DNA of 64,000 nucleotides from an uncultured Verrucomicrobiae bacterium (GCA_963769025.1 CAVYKI010000006.1:448001-512000); one strand, 5' to 3'. Shown: positions 1-10,215, counted from the stretch's first letter. A program made the numbers and translations. Notes: generated by a model from the sequence alone, not told the origin.

Positions 1-789
1 GAGCCGCGCGCCGTCCTCGTAATCGACGAGTCGGTAGCAGATGTCATCCGCGGCCTCGACGAGGAATGCGAGCGGATGGCGCGCCCAGCATTCGGTTGCG
101 CGCGTGAGCAGCCCGCAATGCCCCGCAACGTCAGCAAAGTGCCCGCGCTCGCTCTGGAAGTAGCCGAATTTTTTCAGGCTCGCGCCCTCATGCGCGACAG
201 GGCCGGTGAGCGATGCATGCGGGTATTTCGTGAACGCGCCGAGCATCGCGCAGGTGAGCTGGAGGCCGCCGTTGTTGTCCGGCATCTGCAGGCGCGTGAG
301 AATGCGGAAGCCCTGCGCGTTGCCCTCGTATCGTCCGATGTCGGCGGACTCCGTCTCGCTGAGTCCTTCGCGCGCATCGCGTGCATGCGGACTACCGCTC
401 TTGAACCAATGCTGGATGGCGTCCTCGCCGCTGTGGCCGAAGGGCGGATTCCCGAGGTCGTGCCCGAGCGCCGCAGCGTGGACGATCGCGCCGAAGTCGG
501 ACGCGTGCAGTCCTTCGTCGCCGAGGCAATGGCGGGCGCAAACTTCCGCGCCGACGCGCGTGCCGAGCGAGCGGCCGACGCTGGCGACTTCGAGCGAATG
601 CGTGAGCCGCGTGCGGGCGAAGTCATTTTCCGCGAGGGGAAAGACCTGCGTCTTGTCCTGCAGCCGCCGGAACGCAGAGGAGAAAATGATGCGGTCGCTG
701 TCGCGCTGGAAGTCGGAGCGCGCGGCCTCGCGGCGGCCGGGTTTCGCGCGGCCGAGCCGGTCTGCTGAGAGGAGTTGGAGCCAGTTCAC
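1..789 (-). CDS. dgt: dGTP triphosphohydrolase (HD domain), 3' part runs off the window start
   Basis: Manual minus-strand translation from GTG at 789: MNWLQLLSADRLG...RSDFQRDSDRIIFSSAFRRLQDKTQVFPLAENDFARTRLTHSLEVASVGRSLG, the dGTPase N-terminal signature. Absent from the ORF track because there is no stop in the window. Confidence 0.92.
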   Translation of the reverse strand, partial: MNWLQLLSADRLGRAKPGRREAARSDFQRDSDRIIFSSAFRRLQDKTQVFPLAENDFARTRLTHSLEVASVGRSLGTRVGAEVCARHCLGDEGLHASDFGAIVHAAALGHDLGNPPFGHSGEDAIQHWFKSGSPHARDAREGLSETESADIGRYEGNAQGFRILTRLQMPDNNGGLQLTCAMLGAFTKYPHASLTGPVAHEGASLKKFGYFQSERGHFADVAGHCGLLTRATECWARHPLAFLVEAADDICYRLVDYEDGARL

Positions 790-808
790 TGGGAGGCCGG
801 TTCGCCCG

Positions 809-973
809 CTATTTTGCCGCAGGATTCGGCGGTGGCTCGTAAGGCAGAACCACGGGCGGCGGTGGCGGCGGCGCGCTGCGCCATTCGATGAGCCAGCAGA
901 CGCCGACAGCCAATGCGATCACGAAGATCGCGGAAATCGTTTTCCAGGCGCGGTCCGGCGCGGGACTAGGCAT
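809..973 (-). CDS. Small single-TM proline-rich hypothetical protein (54 aa)
   Basis: MPSPAPDRAWKTISAIFVIALAVGVCWLIEWRSAPPPPPPVVLPYEPPPNPAAK; start overlaps the stop of the upstream gene and it fills the gap before dgt. Confidence 0.55.
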   Translation of the reverse strand: MPSPAPDRAWKTISAIFVIALAVGVCWLIEWRSAPPPPPPVVLPYEPPPNPAAK

Positions 974-1253
974 CCACCAGGTTGCCGATCCGCTCGGCCA
1001 TCTCGAAGTCCATTTCGGTGAGGCCGCCCTTGCTGTGGGTCGAGAGGATGATGCGCACCTTCGCGTAGCGGATGTCGATGTCCGGGTGATGATCCATCTC
1101 CTCCGAGAGTTCCGCGACGCCATTGACGAAATCCACCGAGCCCGCGAAGTCGTCGAATTCGAACGTGCGCTCGAGGGCATTTTTTTCGAGATCCCACTCT
1201 GGGAGGTCCTTAAGGGCGGCTTTGATTTGCTTGGAATCGAGAAGTTGTGACAT
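966..1253 (-). CDS. Pterin-4-alpha-carbinolamine dehydratase
   Basis: 95 aa MSQLLDS...ERTFEFDDF...EEMDHHPDI...LSTHSKGGLTEMDF; HHPDI and THxxGGLT motifs. Confidence 0.93.
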   Translation of the reverse strand: MSQLLDSKQIKAALKDLPEWDLEKNALERTFEFDDFAGSVDFVNGVAELSEEMDHHPDIDIRYAKVRIILSTHSKGGLTEMDFEMAERIGNLVDA

Positions 1254-1367
1254 GGCGGTGTAATTTGGTGCGGGGGAATACCACGGCACGCAGGGTTGGC
1301 AACGGGTTTTTGCGCCGCGCGCTCCGGCGGTTTGACAATTCACACCACGGCGGGAGACAACCGCGCC

Positions 1368-2417
1368 ATGCAAACCTCCCGCCGCTCCTTCCTCACGACC
1401 CTCGGAACCCTCGCCGCCGCGCCGCTTCTCGCCCGGGACTTCGGAAAGAACGGGGCGCCGGTGCGCTACCCGGAGCCCGACGTCATCGCGCTGGAGGACT
1501 CGTTTAGGAAAATCAAAATCGGCAATGCATCCATCGAGCGGCTTCACACCGGCATGCGCTGGGCCGAGGGACCGGCGTGGAGCGGGCAGGGGCAGTATCT
1601 CATGTGGAGCGACATCCCGAATGACGTGCAGATGCGCTATCTGCCGGACGACGGCCACGTGAGCGTCATCCACAAGCCTGCGGGATTCAGCAACGGCAAC
1701 ACCTTCGACCGCGAGGGCCGACAGCTCTCGTGCGAGCACGGCACGCGGCGCGTGGTGCGCTACGAGGCAAATGGCCAGGTGACGGTGCTCGCCGAGAAGT
1801 TTGGCGGGAAGCCGTTCAACGCACCGAACGACATTGTGGTAACGCCCGACGGCGCGATTTGGTTCACCGACCCCGGCTACGGCGCGCTCTTTGAATACGA
1901 GGGGAAAAAGCTGCCGCTGGAGATCAAGGAAGCCGTCTATCGCATCGATCCCGCGACGGCGAAGACCGAGAAAGTGACCGACGAGATTTTCAAGCCGAAC
2001 GGGCTCTGCTTTTCGCCGGACTACAAGAAGCTCTACGTCGCCGACACGGGAGCTTCGCACTACAAGGAGGCGCCGAAGAACATCAAGGTCTGGGACGTGG
2101 ACGGCGCGAAGCTGAAGAACGGCCGCCAGTACGTCTCAATGGAGATGGAACTGAAGGGCGAGAAGGTCGCCGGCATGGCCGACGGCATCCGCTGCGACAC
2201 GGAGGGCAATGTGTGGGTCGGCGCCGGATGGGTCGGCGCGGGCTACGACGGCGTCCACATTTTCTCGCCCGAAGGCCAGCGCATCGGCCAGATCCTGCTG
2301 CCGGAGATTTGCGCGAACGTCTGCTTCGGCGGACCGCGCCGGAACCGACTCTTCATGGCCGCGAGCCAGTCGCTCTACGCGGTGTACGTGGAGGCAAAGG
2401 GCGCTCATTTTTGCTGA
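1368..2417 (+). CDS. SMP-30/gluconolactonase/LRE family protein, Tat-exported
   Basis: SRRSFL twin-Arg signal; WAEGPAW, SNGNTFD, NAPNDIV, PNGLCFSPD, ADGIRCD motifs. Confidence 0.92.
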   Translation: MQTSRRSFLTTLGTLAAAPLLARDFGKNGAPVRYPEPDVIALEDSFRKIKIGNASIERLHTGMRWAEGPAWSGQGQYLMWSDIPNDVQMRYLPDDGHVSVIHKPAGFSNGNTFDREGRQLSCEHGTRRVVRYEANGQVTVLAEKFGGKPFNAPNDIVVTPDGAIWFTDPGYGALFEYEGKKLPLEIKEAVYRIDPATAKTEKVTDEIFKPNGLCFSPDYKKLYVADTGASHYKEAPKNIKVWDVDGAKLKNGRQYVSMEMELKGEKVAGMADGIRCDTEGNVWVGAGWVGAGYDGVHIFSPEGQRIGQILLPEICANVCFGGPRRNRLFMAASQSLYAVYVEAKGAHFC

Positions 2418-2478
2418 GGAAAAAGCGACGCTGAGAGTTGCAGTCGCCAAATCACGCGGCGCGTGTTTTCTTTCGCGG

Positions 2479-3201
2479 ATGAAGCGACTCCTTTTCCTCC
2501 CCGCGCTCTTCATCCTCGCGACTGCGCTCGCCGATGAGGCCCCGAAGCTGCCGTCGCCGCTCTACGAAACGCGTGCGGAGCATGACAGGAATGGCATCGG
2601 GAAGTTTTTCATGGGGCGTGAGATCGCGCACATCATGGGACATCAGGCCGCGGGCTGGCTGGAGCGACCGGAGCGCGAGGAAGAGGAGCGGACGGACAAG
2701 CTGGTCGAGATGCTCGGCTTGAAGCCCGGCATGAGCGTCGCCGACATCGGCTGCGGCACGGGCTACCTTTCGCAGCGCATCGCGCCGCGCATCCTGCCTG
2801 GAGGCATTGTGTATGGCGTGGATATCCAAAAGGAGATGCTCGACCTGCTCGTGCCGAAGATGAAGGCGAAGGGCATCGAAAACGTGAAGCCCATCCTCGG
2901 TGGCGATGCGGACCCGAAGCTCGATCCCGAGAGCTGCGACATGATGGTGATGGTGGACGTGTATCACGAGTTCGAGTTCCCGTACGAGATGATCCGCAAG
3001 ATGATCGCCGGGCTGAAAAAGGGCGGGCAGATCGTGTTCATCGAGTATCGCGGCGAGGACCCGTCGGTGCCCATCAAACTCGTCCACAAGATGACCGAGG
3101 CGCAGGTGAAAAAGGAACTCGCGCTCCACCCGGAGATGGAGTGGGTGCGGACGAAGGGCGACCTCCCTCAGCAGCACATGCTGTTTTTCCGGAGAAAGTA
3201 G
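2479..3201 (+). CDS. Class I SAM-dependent methyltransferase with signal peptide
   Basis: VADIGCGTGY motif I, GVDIQ, VDVYHE; N-terminal MKRLLFLPALFILATALA. Confidence 0.88.
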   Translation: MKRLLFLPALFILATALADEAPKLPSPLYETRAEHDRNGIGKFFMGREIAHIMGHQAAGWLERPEREEEERTDKLVEMLGLKPGMSVADIGCGTGYLSQRIAPRILPGGIVYGVDIQKEMLDLLVPKMKAKGIENVKPILGGDADPKLDPESCDMMVMVDVYHEFEFPYEMIRKMIAGLKKGGQIVFIEYRGEDPSVPIKLVHKMTEAQVKKELALHPEMEWVRTKGDLPQQHMLFFRRK

Positions 3202-4104
3202 ATGGCACCCCGAAGCGCCGCGACCGCGCGGAAAATCCGCCTCCCGCGAAGCCGCGTCGGCTACGTGTGGCGAAAGCTGACGACCGTAAAGTGGGAGGAC
3301 GTGTGGCTGGAACGCCTCGGCTGGCTCGGCCAGCGGCTGGTGATGGTCACGCTCGCAGGCTCGCGCACGTTGCGGATCGAGGCTTACCATGTCACCGGAG
3401 AAGAGGCTGAGATGCTCGTGCGGGAATTCGGGGGTACCGTCCGCGTCGCCCGACCGCTCACCCAAAAGGAACTCGAGCCGAAGCCACGCCCGCCGCTGCG
3501 CGTTCGCGGGAAGCTGCTCGTGGTTTCCAGCGAAAAGGAGCTCTCGCTCGCGGCGAAGCGGAGCCCGCACATTCCTGCGCTTCTCATCCCGGCGACCGTC
3601 GCCTTTGGCACCGGCGAACATGCGACGACGGCGACGTGCCTGCGCGTGCTCGCGGATGTCGCGGCGGGGCTCCGCGCCGGAGAATGGGAGGCGCTCGACA
3701 TCGGCACCGGCAGCGGCATCCTCGCTCTGGCGGCGCGGATTTTCGGAGCGCGGAAAGTCGAGGCCGGTGATTTCGATCCCGTCGCCGTGCGCGTCGCGAA
3801 GGAGAACGCCACTGCGAATGACATCCGCGGCGTCCACTTTGCCCGCATGGATGTGGTGAAGTGGAGCGTCCCGCGCCGCTGGCCGGTCGTGCTGGCGAAT
3901 GTCTTCAGCACCACGCTCATCGCCGCCGCGCCGCGGATCGTGCGCGCGGTGGGGCAGGGCGGGCACCTGATCCTCAGCGGCATCCTGCGCACGCAGGAAG
4001 GTGAAGTGCTCGCCGCATTCCGCAAACAGCGCTGCCGTCTCGAGCGCGCGGTGCGGAAGGGCAAGTGGGTGACGCTGCTCTGCCGCCGGGCAAAGTCGAG
4101 CTAG
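3202..4104 (+). CDS. prmA: Ribosomal protein L11 methyltransferase-like protein
   Basis: AFGTGEHATTATCL, LDIGTGSGILA, VVLAN, LILSGIL motifs; start codon uncertain. Confidence 0.85.
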   Translation: MAPRSAATARKIRLPRSRVGYVWRKLTTVKWEDVWLERLGWLGQRLVMVTLAGSRTLRIEAYHVTGEEAEMLVREFGGTVRVARPLTQKELEPKPRPPLRVRGKLLVVSSEKELSLAAKRSPHIPALLIPATVAFGTGEHATTATCLRVLADVAAGLRAGEWEALDIGTGSGILALAARIFGARKVEAGDFDPVAVRVAKENATANDIRGVHFARMDVVKWSVPRRWPVVLANVFSTTLIAAAPRIVRAVGQGGHLILSGILRTQEGEVLAAFRKQRCRLERAVRKGKWVTLLCRRAKSS

Positions 4105-6260
4105 GGCTCGAAGTCCGCCCAGCGCACGAGCGGCGCCAGCACTTGCTGGCCATCGTGGTGCCAGTCGAGCGGAGGGGCCTGCATTTTGCCAATGGCGCAG
4201 ATGCGCGAAAATCCGAGTGCTGCGGCGAAATCGCGGTTCGCTGGATTGGCGGGCCAGATGCCGCAGGTGCTCAGGTGCGCGCGATGCGGCGCGAGCAGCG
4301 GGGCCAATTTGGCAGGCAGCGGTTTGACGAAAATCACCCGGTTAAGCGGCGAACGCGGGAGCGTGGCGCTGCGATCCACGACGACCGTCCATGCGGTGTC
4401 GGCGCTCGCAAAAACCTCGAGAGGTTCGCCGTTCGCAGCGCGGAATGCCGTTTCCTCGCGCAGTGTCCGAATGCTGTTCGCCTCGCTGACCGGGAGTGCG
4501 CCGCGTGGCGTGTGCCTTTCAAAACGGGCCATCGCCGCAGCCAGTCGCCGTGCATAGGCGCTCGTTGCGGCTTTTCCTTTTTCCCGGATGAAAATGACCT
4601 GCGGCGAGAGGCAGCCTTGCTGATCAAAAATCGAGGCATCATGCGCGGCTCCGCCGACACTGCGGAAGGTAGAGTCGTCGGAAACAATCGCGATGCTGAG
4701 CCGGTGGCCGTGGGCGAGAAATGGAATGCCCGGCGGGAGCGCCGCACGCACAGCGGCAACGGTCTCATCGCGACCGAAGACGACGGCCGCATCCGCGTGC
4801 TCCAGCCATGATTTTGGGAGATCCTCCGAAAGGTTCAGGCGTTCCGCGAGGGGTTTGGGAAGCCGTGCCCGAAAATCGCGCACTTCGCGGATTCCGCCTG
4901 CGGGCAGCTTGCAGAGGTTGTCCGAACCGAGGAGCAAGCCCCGAAGGATCGTCTGCAATGCCGCTGCGGGGGTGTTGCCGCTGAGAACATGGAGGATGCG
5001 CTGCGGCGCGAGCGCGCGGACGGACTTGCGGCCTTTGCGGACGAATTGATCGAGGATTTTTGCGTCGCCCAATTCTGCCCTGACGAGATTGAGAAGATCG
5101 CGTGCGCTGCATTTTCCGAGATAGGCGAACGCGGAGGCGGCCTTCGCGAGAGACTTCGCGCGGGATGCGGTGTCCGGGAGCCGGCTGCGCGGAGGCGGCG
5201 GAAGCACACGTGATGAAACGCGGACGGGAGCCGGTGACGCGGAAGCACCTTGGAGAATTTCATCGGCACGCCGCGAGCACCCGCGCGGGATCGCCGCCGG
5301 ATCGCGGCCGATGAGCGCGAAGCCATTCGCGCGCCGGATGGCGAGGTCGGCGGTCTGGATCGCGAGCACGCTGCCGACATTTGCGAGATCGAAGAGGCGC
5401 AGCACGCCGGCGTCGTTGATGGGCACTTCCTTGCCCGAGTCGGGATTCACGACGATTGCACGCAGCCACGATGGCGGCGCGTGCGGCCGACCGATGCCAT
5501 GTGTGTAGGCCTGCGAGGAAAGCTCGGTCATCCCGTATTCGTTCCACACGGCGTCGGCAGGCAGGCCGAGGGATTCGCGAAACATCGCGTAGAGCTGCTG
5601 CTTTGGAATGTCGCGCCCCGTGCCTTTGTAGCCGCCGGTTTCGAGGGCAAAGCTGCCTTTTGGCAGGCGGATCCGCCGGTCGCCGAGGCGCTCGAAGAGC
5701 GACAGGAACGCGAGCGCCGTGCCGAACACCGCGCATGGGCCGGAGTCCGCGAGGCGTTCCAGCTTTTCCGCGGAGGCGTGAATGTCGAAGACCGCACGCG
5801 AGGTCGTCTGCTTTGCAAAAACTCCGAACATGTGCGCGAGCGACGATTCGGGAGCATCGGCAGGAGACTGCGCGAGGAAAAGCGCGGGGAGCTTTGAAAG
5901 CTGCAACCCACGCCAACCCGCGAGGAGGCTTGCCTCGTAAAGTGCGGTGTCGAGGAAGTGATGCTCGCCGCGGGCCTCGCCGGTGGTGCCGCTGGTGAGA
6001 AATGTTGTCCGGGTGAGTCTGGCCGGAAAGCACGAGAGCCGGAATTGCTTGAACATTGCCTGGGGCACCGCGGGGATTTCGCGCCAGGTTGCGGGTGCTG
6101 GGAGGGTTGCACACCACTTTGCATAGGGCCTGTTCCAACGCCGCTGGAACGTGTGGATTTCGAGTGCGAGCGAGTTGAAGTCCGCGTCGGGCAGATTCTC
6201 GCCGAGAGAGCGAATCGTGCGCTTCTCGAGCGTGGCATATTCGTTGCAGGGCGATTTCAC
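4101..6260 (-). CDS. Fused LuxE-type acyl-protein synthetase / LuxC-type acyl-CoA reductase
   Basis: N-half FLTSGTTG, ETGGYKG, EYGMTELSSQAY, DLANVGSVLAIQTADL, RGCS; C-half HVLSGNTP, DQQGCLSPQ, RICAIGKMQAP..HHDG. GTG start at 6260 inferred. Confidence 0.85.
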   Translation of the reverse strand: MKSPCNEYATLEKRTIRSLGENLPDADFNSLALEIHTFQRRWNRPYAKWCATLPAPATWREIPAVPQAMFKQFRLSCFPARLTRTTFLTSGTTGEARGEHHFLDTALYEASLLAGWRGLQLSKLPALFLAQSPADAPESSLAHMFGVFAKQTTSRAVFDIHASAEKLERLADSGPCAVFGTALAFLSLFERLGDRRIRLPKGSFALETGGYKGTGRDIPKQQLYAMFRESLGLPADAVWNEYGMTELSSQAYTHGIGRPHAPPSWLRAIVVNPDSGKEVPINDAGVLRLFDLANVGSVLAIQTADLAIRRANGFALIGRDPAAIPRGCSRRADEILQGASASPAPVRVSSRVLPPPPRSRLPDTASRAKSLAKAASAFAYLGKCSARDLLNLVRAELGDAKILDQFVRKGRKSVRALAPQRILHVLSGNTPAAALQTILRGLLLGSDNLCKLPAGGIREVRDFRARLPKPLAERLNLSEDLPKSWLEHADAAVVFGRDETVAAVRAALPPGIPFLAHGHRLSIAIVSDDSTFRSVGGAAHDASIFDQQGCLSPQVIFIREKGKAATSAYARRLAAAMARFERHTPRGALPVSEANSIRTLREETAFRAANGEPLEVFASADTAWTVVVDRSATLPRSPLNRVIFVKPLPAKLAPLLAPHRAHLSTCGIWPANPANRDFAAALGFSRICAIGKMQAPPLDWHHDGQQVLAPLVRWADFEP

Positions 6261-6372
6261 CGGTGCACGGTGTGGCGTTTTGCAATCGTAACGCAAGCTG
6301 ACCGTGGCGGCTGGACACGCACTGCACGCCTTGCCAGCGCACGGAGGCTGGGTACTCTGGCCGCGTCGCACA

Positions 6373-8559
6373 ATGTTCCGCTCCCTCATCCTCCTCGCTT
6401 TGGTCGCCCTGCCGCTGAACGCCGCGGAGGTTTCGTTCCGCAATCACGTCCAGCCGATTCTCGCGAAGACCGGCTGCTCGTCGGGTGCGTGCCACGGGGC
6501 GGCGGCGGGGCAGGGGGGCTTCAGGCTTTCGTTGCGCGGGTATGACACAGAAGGCGATTGGCTCATGCTGACGCGCGGTGCGTTTGGGCGGCGCATCGAC
6601 ACCACCGATCCGGCGCGTTCGCTGTTCTTACTGAAGACGACTTCCGCGGTGCCACACAAGGGAGGCGAGCGGTTCAAGGTGCATTCGCCGGAGTGGCAGA
6701 CGCTCGTGGACTGGGTCGCGGCCGGCGCACCGGGGCCGAAGGAGGACGACGTGCGCATCGAGCGCATCGAGGTCGTGCCGCCGCGCGCGCGGGTGAAGGT
6801 CGGACAGGAGCAGCAGTTTCAGGTGCGCGCGCATTTCTCCGACGGACACAGCGAGGACGTGACGCGCTACGCGAAGTTCACGGCGACGAACCAGACGGTG
6901 GCGAATGTGGACGACCTCGGAAAAGTCACGGTGCTCGGCAATGGCGAGAGCGCGGTGACCGCTTGGTATCTCCAGAAGATCACGTTCGCGACAGTCGAGG
7001 CGCCCTTTGAAAACGAAATCCCGCCGCAGGCATTTGTGGATGCGCCGAGGCGGAACTGGATCGACGGCCTCGTGCTCGAAAAGCTCCGCGATCTGAACAT
7101 CCCGCCGTCGCCGCGCTGCACGGATGAGGAATTCCTCCGCCGCGCGTACCTCGACACGATCGGGGTGCTGCCGACTGCGCAGGAGGTGCGCGCATTCCTG
7201 GCCGACGCGAGCACGGGCAAGCGCGACGCGGTGATCGAGCGGTTGCTGAAGCGTCCGGAGTTCACGGACTACTGGGCCTACAAATGGAGCGACCTTTTGC
7301 TCGTGACGAAGCGCAAGCTGCCGCTGCCTGCGGTGTGGGCGTATTACAAATGGATCCGCGACGAGGTGGCGACGAACACGCCGTGGGACGAATTTGCGCG
7401 ACGTCTGCTGACGGCGCACGGCAGCACGTTGGAGAACGGGGCGGCGAACTATTTCGTGATGACGCCCGACGCTCGCGACCTGTCGGAGAAGACGGCGGTG
7501 ACGTTTCTCGGCATCTCGACGAACTGCGCGCGGTGCCACAATCACCCGATGGAGAAGTGGACGAACAACGACTACTTCGGCTACGCCAACCTGTTCGCGC
7601 GGGTGCGGTTCAAGAATGGCGCCAGCGGGGAAGGCGACCGGATCGTCTTTGCGGCGGATGATGGCGACCTCGTGCAGCCGCTCACGGGCAAGCCGCAGTT
7701 GCCGCGTCCGCTCGGCGGCAAGGCGCTCACGCAGGACGCTCCCGGCGACCGTCGCGAGGCGCTCGTGGAATGGCTCACCGCGCCGGAGAATCCGTATTTC
7801 TCGCGGGCGATCGTGAACCGTGTGTGGGCGAATTTCTTCGGCGTCGGGCTGGTCGAGGCCGTGGACGACATCCGCGAGACGAATCCTGCAAGCAACGAGG
7901 CGCTTTTCTCCGCCGCGGCGAAATGGCTGCGCGACAACCGCTACGATCTGCGGGCGCTGATGCGGGAGATTTTGCAGAGCGAAACCTACCAGCGCAGCAG
8001 CGTGCCGCTGCCGGGGAACAAGGACGACACGCGCTTTTACTCGCGCTACTACCCGCGCCGGCTGATGGCAGAGGTGTTGCACGACGCCGTGGCGCAGGTC
8101 ACGGAGGTGCCGACGATGTTCAAGACGAGGAATCCGTATGACCAGGGCGACAAGGGCGACGCATTCCCCGCCGGCTGGCGCGCGGTGCAGTTGCCGGACG
8201 TGAATACGGACAGCTACTTCACGAAGGTGTTCGGGCGCCCATTGCGCGAGCAGACTTGTGAATGCGAACGCACGGAGGAGCCGAACGTGACCCAGGCGCT
8301 GCACATGGCGAATGGCGAAACGGTCAACGCGAAGCTGCGGGAAGCATCAAGCGTGGTGGGCAAGGCGTTCGCCGCGAAGAAGCCGGTCGAGGTGTGGCTG
8401 GAGGACGCGTATCTCTCGGCGCTCGGCCGTCTGCCGACGGCGGCGGAAAAAGACTCGGTCGTGCGCGCCATGGCGGATGCGAAGGACGGGCAGCGGCTGG
8501 TGATGGAGGACGTTTACTGGGCGCTGATGAGCAACCGGGAATTCATCTTCAATCACTGA
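6373..8559 (+). CDS. DUF1549/DUF1553 (PSD1-type planctomycete) exported protein with Ig-like domain
   Basis: Signal peptide; VSFRNHVQPIL..GCSSGACHG; FLRRAYLDTIG; CARCHNHP; NPYFSRAIVNRVW; ends REFIFNH. Confidence 0.9.
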   Translation: MFRSLILLALVALPLNAAEVSFRNHVQPILAKTGCSSGACHGAAAGQGGFRLSLRGYDTEGDWLMLTRGAFGRRIDTTDPARSLFLLKTTSAVPHKGGERFKVHSPEWQTLVDWVAAGAPGPKEDDVRIERIEVVPPRARVKVGQEQQFQVRAHFSDGHSEDVTRYAKFTATNQTVANVDDLGKVTVLGNGESAVTAWYLQKITFATVEAPFENEIPPQAFVDAPRRNWIDGLVLEKLRDLNIPPSPRCTDEEFLRRAYLDTIGVLPTAQEVRAFLADASTGKRDAVIERLLKRPEFTDYWAYKWSDLLLVTKRKLPLPAVWAYYKWIRDEVATNTPWDEFARRLLTAHGSTLENGAANYFVMTPDARDLSEKTAVTFLGISTNCARCHNHPMEKWTNNDYFGYANLFARVRFKNGASGEGDRIVFAADDGDLVQPLTGKPQLPRPLGGKALTQDAPGDRREALVEWLTAPENPYFSRAIVNRVWANFFGVGLVEAVDDIRETNPASNEALFSAAAKWLRDNRYDLRALMREILQSETYQRSSVPLPGNKDDTRFYSRYYPRRLMAEVLHDAVAQVTEVPTMFKTRNPYDQGDKGDAFPAGWRAVQLPDVNTDSYFTKVFGRPLREQTCECERTEEPNVTQALHMANGETVNAKLREASSVVGKAFAAKKPVEVWLEDAYLSALGRLPTAAEKDSVVRAMADAKDGQRLVMEDVYWALMSNREFIFNH

Positions 8560-8595
8560 GGCCGGCGGGAACGGAGTGCCGGCACCACGCGGCAG

Positions 8596-10212
8596 CTATT
8601 TTCCTTCACGGGCGAGCGCCTCGGCGCGGCTGTAGTTCGCGCGGAAATGGTCGGCGAGTTCCTTGGCGAGCCGGACCTGGGTGATTTTGTCGGAGCCGCT
8701 GCCGACGGCTTTGGCGATGCGCGTGGAGACGGCCGTGTAATCGACAGCGCGCACATCCTCGAATGCGGTGAGGGCCTCGGGCGGGAATTTTCCTGTGCGC
8801 TGGCGGGCCTCGCACAGCGCCTGCCACGCGGCGGTGAGTTCGCGGTGCGCGTCGATGCACATCACGCGGAAGACGAAGGCGATCGTGCTGAAGTAGGGAG
8901 CGGTGCGGCGGCCTTCGTAGATGAAATGCTTGGCAGCCTCGTAGGGCAGCACGTCTGGGTCGCTGCGCAGCGCGCGGAATTCCGGGGCGTAAAGTTCCGG
9001 CAGCATCGGGAGGCGTCGCAGTGAATGCTGGCGCGGACCGCCGGGCGTGCCGGCTTTCCAGCCCCAGAGCTTCTGGCCGTCGGTCATCACGAACTCGATG
9101 AACTTTTTCCCCAGCTCCGGATGCCGCGCGCCGCGCAGCAGGCCGATGGGGTCGGTGCCGTAGGAGGTGCCGCCTTTCGCGTCAGTGTAGCCGATGCGCG
9201 ATGAGCCGTCGGCGCGGCGGACGGATTCGCTTTGGAAGCGTCCGTAGAAATCGATGGTCATGCCTGCGGCTGCTTCTCCGGCCTCGATATCGAGCGCGAT
9301 TTTCGAGGAGGAGTCGCTGAAGTAGCGCGCATTGGCGCCGATGCGCTGGAGCAGTCGCATGGCGCGGGTCCAGCCCTCGCCCGTGATGCGCTGCTCGTCG
9401 GTGCCGGGTTCGTCGGCGACGAGGTTCATCTGCTGCTGCACGAGCATTTCGAGGGCTTTGTTTGCCGAGCCGCTCTGGACCGGATTCGCGACAGCCAGTG
9501 TGCGGAAGTAGCGCGGGTCGGCGAGGTCGCTCCATTGCGTCGGGTTGGGAAGGCCGAGGCGTGCGAGCTGGTCGCGGTTGTACGCGATTCCGAATGCGCC
9601 GACGGTGGTTCCGATCCAGCGGCCTTTCTCATCGTAGTAGGGCTCGCCGCCGAGCATCGGCGGAATCGGTTTCCCGACGCCGAAGATTTCCGGATGCGCC
9701 GCGACGTAACCGCAGTCCACCAGCACTCCGAGGTCGGCCATTTTCCTGAAATCATACGAACCGCCGCCGAAGAACACGTCGAACCGGCCGCCCACGTTGG
9801 ACTCGAGAAAGGCGCGACGCGCGGCCTGGCGTGGCGTGTCTTCGGCGGGGGACTTCGCGGGAATCGTCCTCGGGTCGAGGAATCCGGACTCGACATCGTT
9901 GCCCCATTTTCTGTGGAGCGTGTGCTTCCAGTAGTTTTCGAATGCTGCGGTGTAGGCGCCGTTGACGTAGAGCGTGCTTTCGCTCGTGCCGCCGGGCGTG
10001 AGCCATTCGAGGACGACTGTGCGTCCGGTTTTTGCGCGATACCACTCGCGGAATGCCTCGCTGAATTCCGAGCGGATGGCCTCGTTGTGCGGCGTGATGA
10101 CGACGAGCGTGTCCTGGCCGCGGAGCCGCGCCTCGTCGCCGCGCGGGCGCATGAGGATCGGGCCGATGACGACCACGAGCACCGCGATGAGCAGGGCGAT
10201 GTTCTTGCCCAT
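8596..10212 (-). CDS. ABC transporter substrate-binding protein (Fe3+/AfuA-like)
   Basis: LVVITPHNEAIR, DVFFGGG, WSDLADP, ANPVQSGS, IDFYGR motifs; N-terminal anchor. Confidence 0.85.
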   Translation of the reverse strand: MGKNIALLIAVLVVVIGPILMRPRGDEARLRGQDTLVVITPHNEAIRSEFSEAFREWYRAKTGRTVVLEWLTPGGTSESTLYVNGAYTAAFENYWKHTLHRKWGNDVESGFLDPRTIPAKSPAEDTPRQAARRAFLESNVGGRFDVFFGGGSYDFRKMADLGVLVDCGYVAAHPEIFGVGKPIPPMLGGEPYYDEKGRWIGTTVGAFGIAYNRDQLARLGLPNPTQWSDLADPRYFRTLAVANPVQSGSANKALEMLVQQQMNLVADEPGTDEQRITGEGWTRAMRLLQRIGANARYFSDSSSKIALDIEAGEAAAGMTIDFYGRFQSESVRRADGSSRIGYTDAKGGTSYGTDPIGLLRGARHPELGKKFIEFVMTDGQKLWGWKAGTPGGPRQHSLRRLPMLPELYAPEFRALRSDPDVLPYEAAKHFIYEGRRTAPYFSTIAFVFRVMCIDAHRELTAAWQALCEARQRTGKFPPEALTAFEDVRAVDYTAVSTRIAKAVGSGSDKITQVRLAKELADHFRANYSRAEALAREGK

Positions 10213-10215
10213 GGG

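Noticed and set aside
1..789. Anti-phage dGTPase in a defence island
   Set aside because: The visible neighbours are housekeeping genes; there is no defence context in the window.
76..1021. Plus-strand ORFs 76-768 and 206-1021
   Set aside because: Antisense shadows of dgt and its neighbours on the minus strand.
4101..6260. Bioluminescence (lux) operon
   Set aside because: No luxA, luxB, luxD or luxG nearby.
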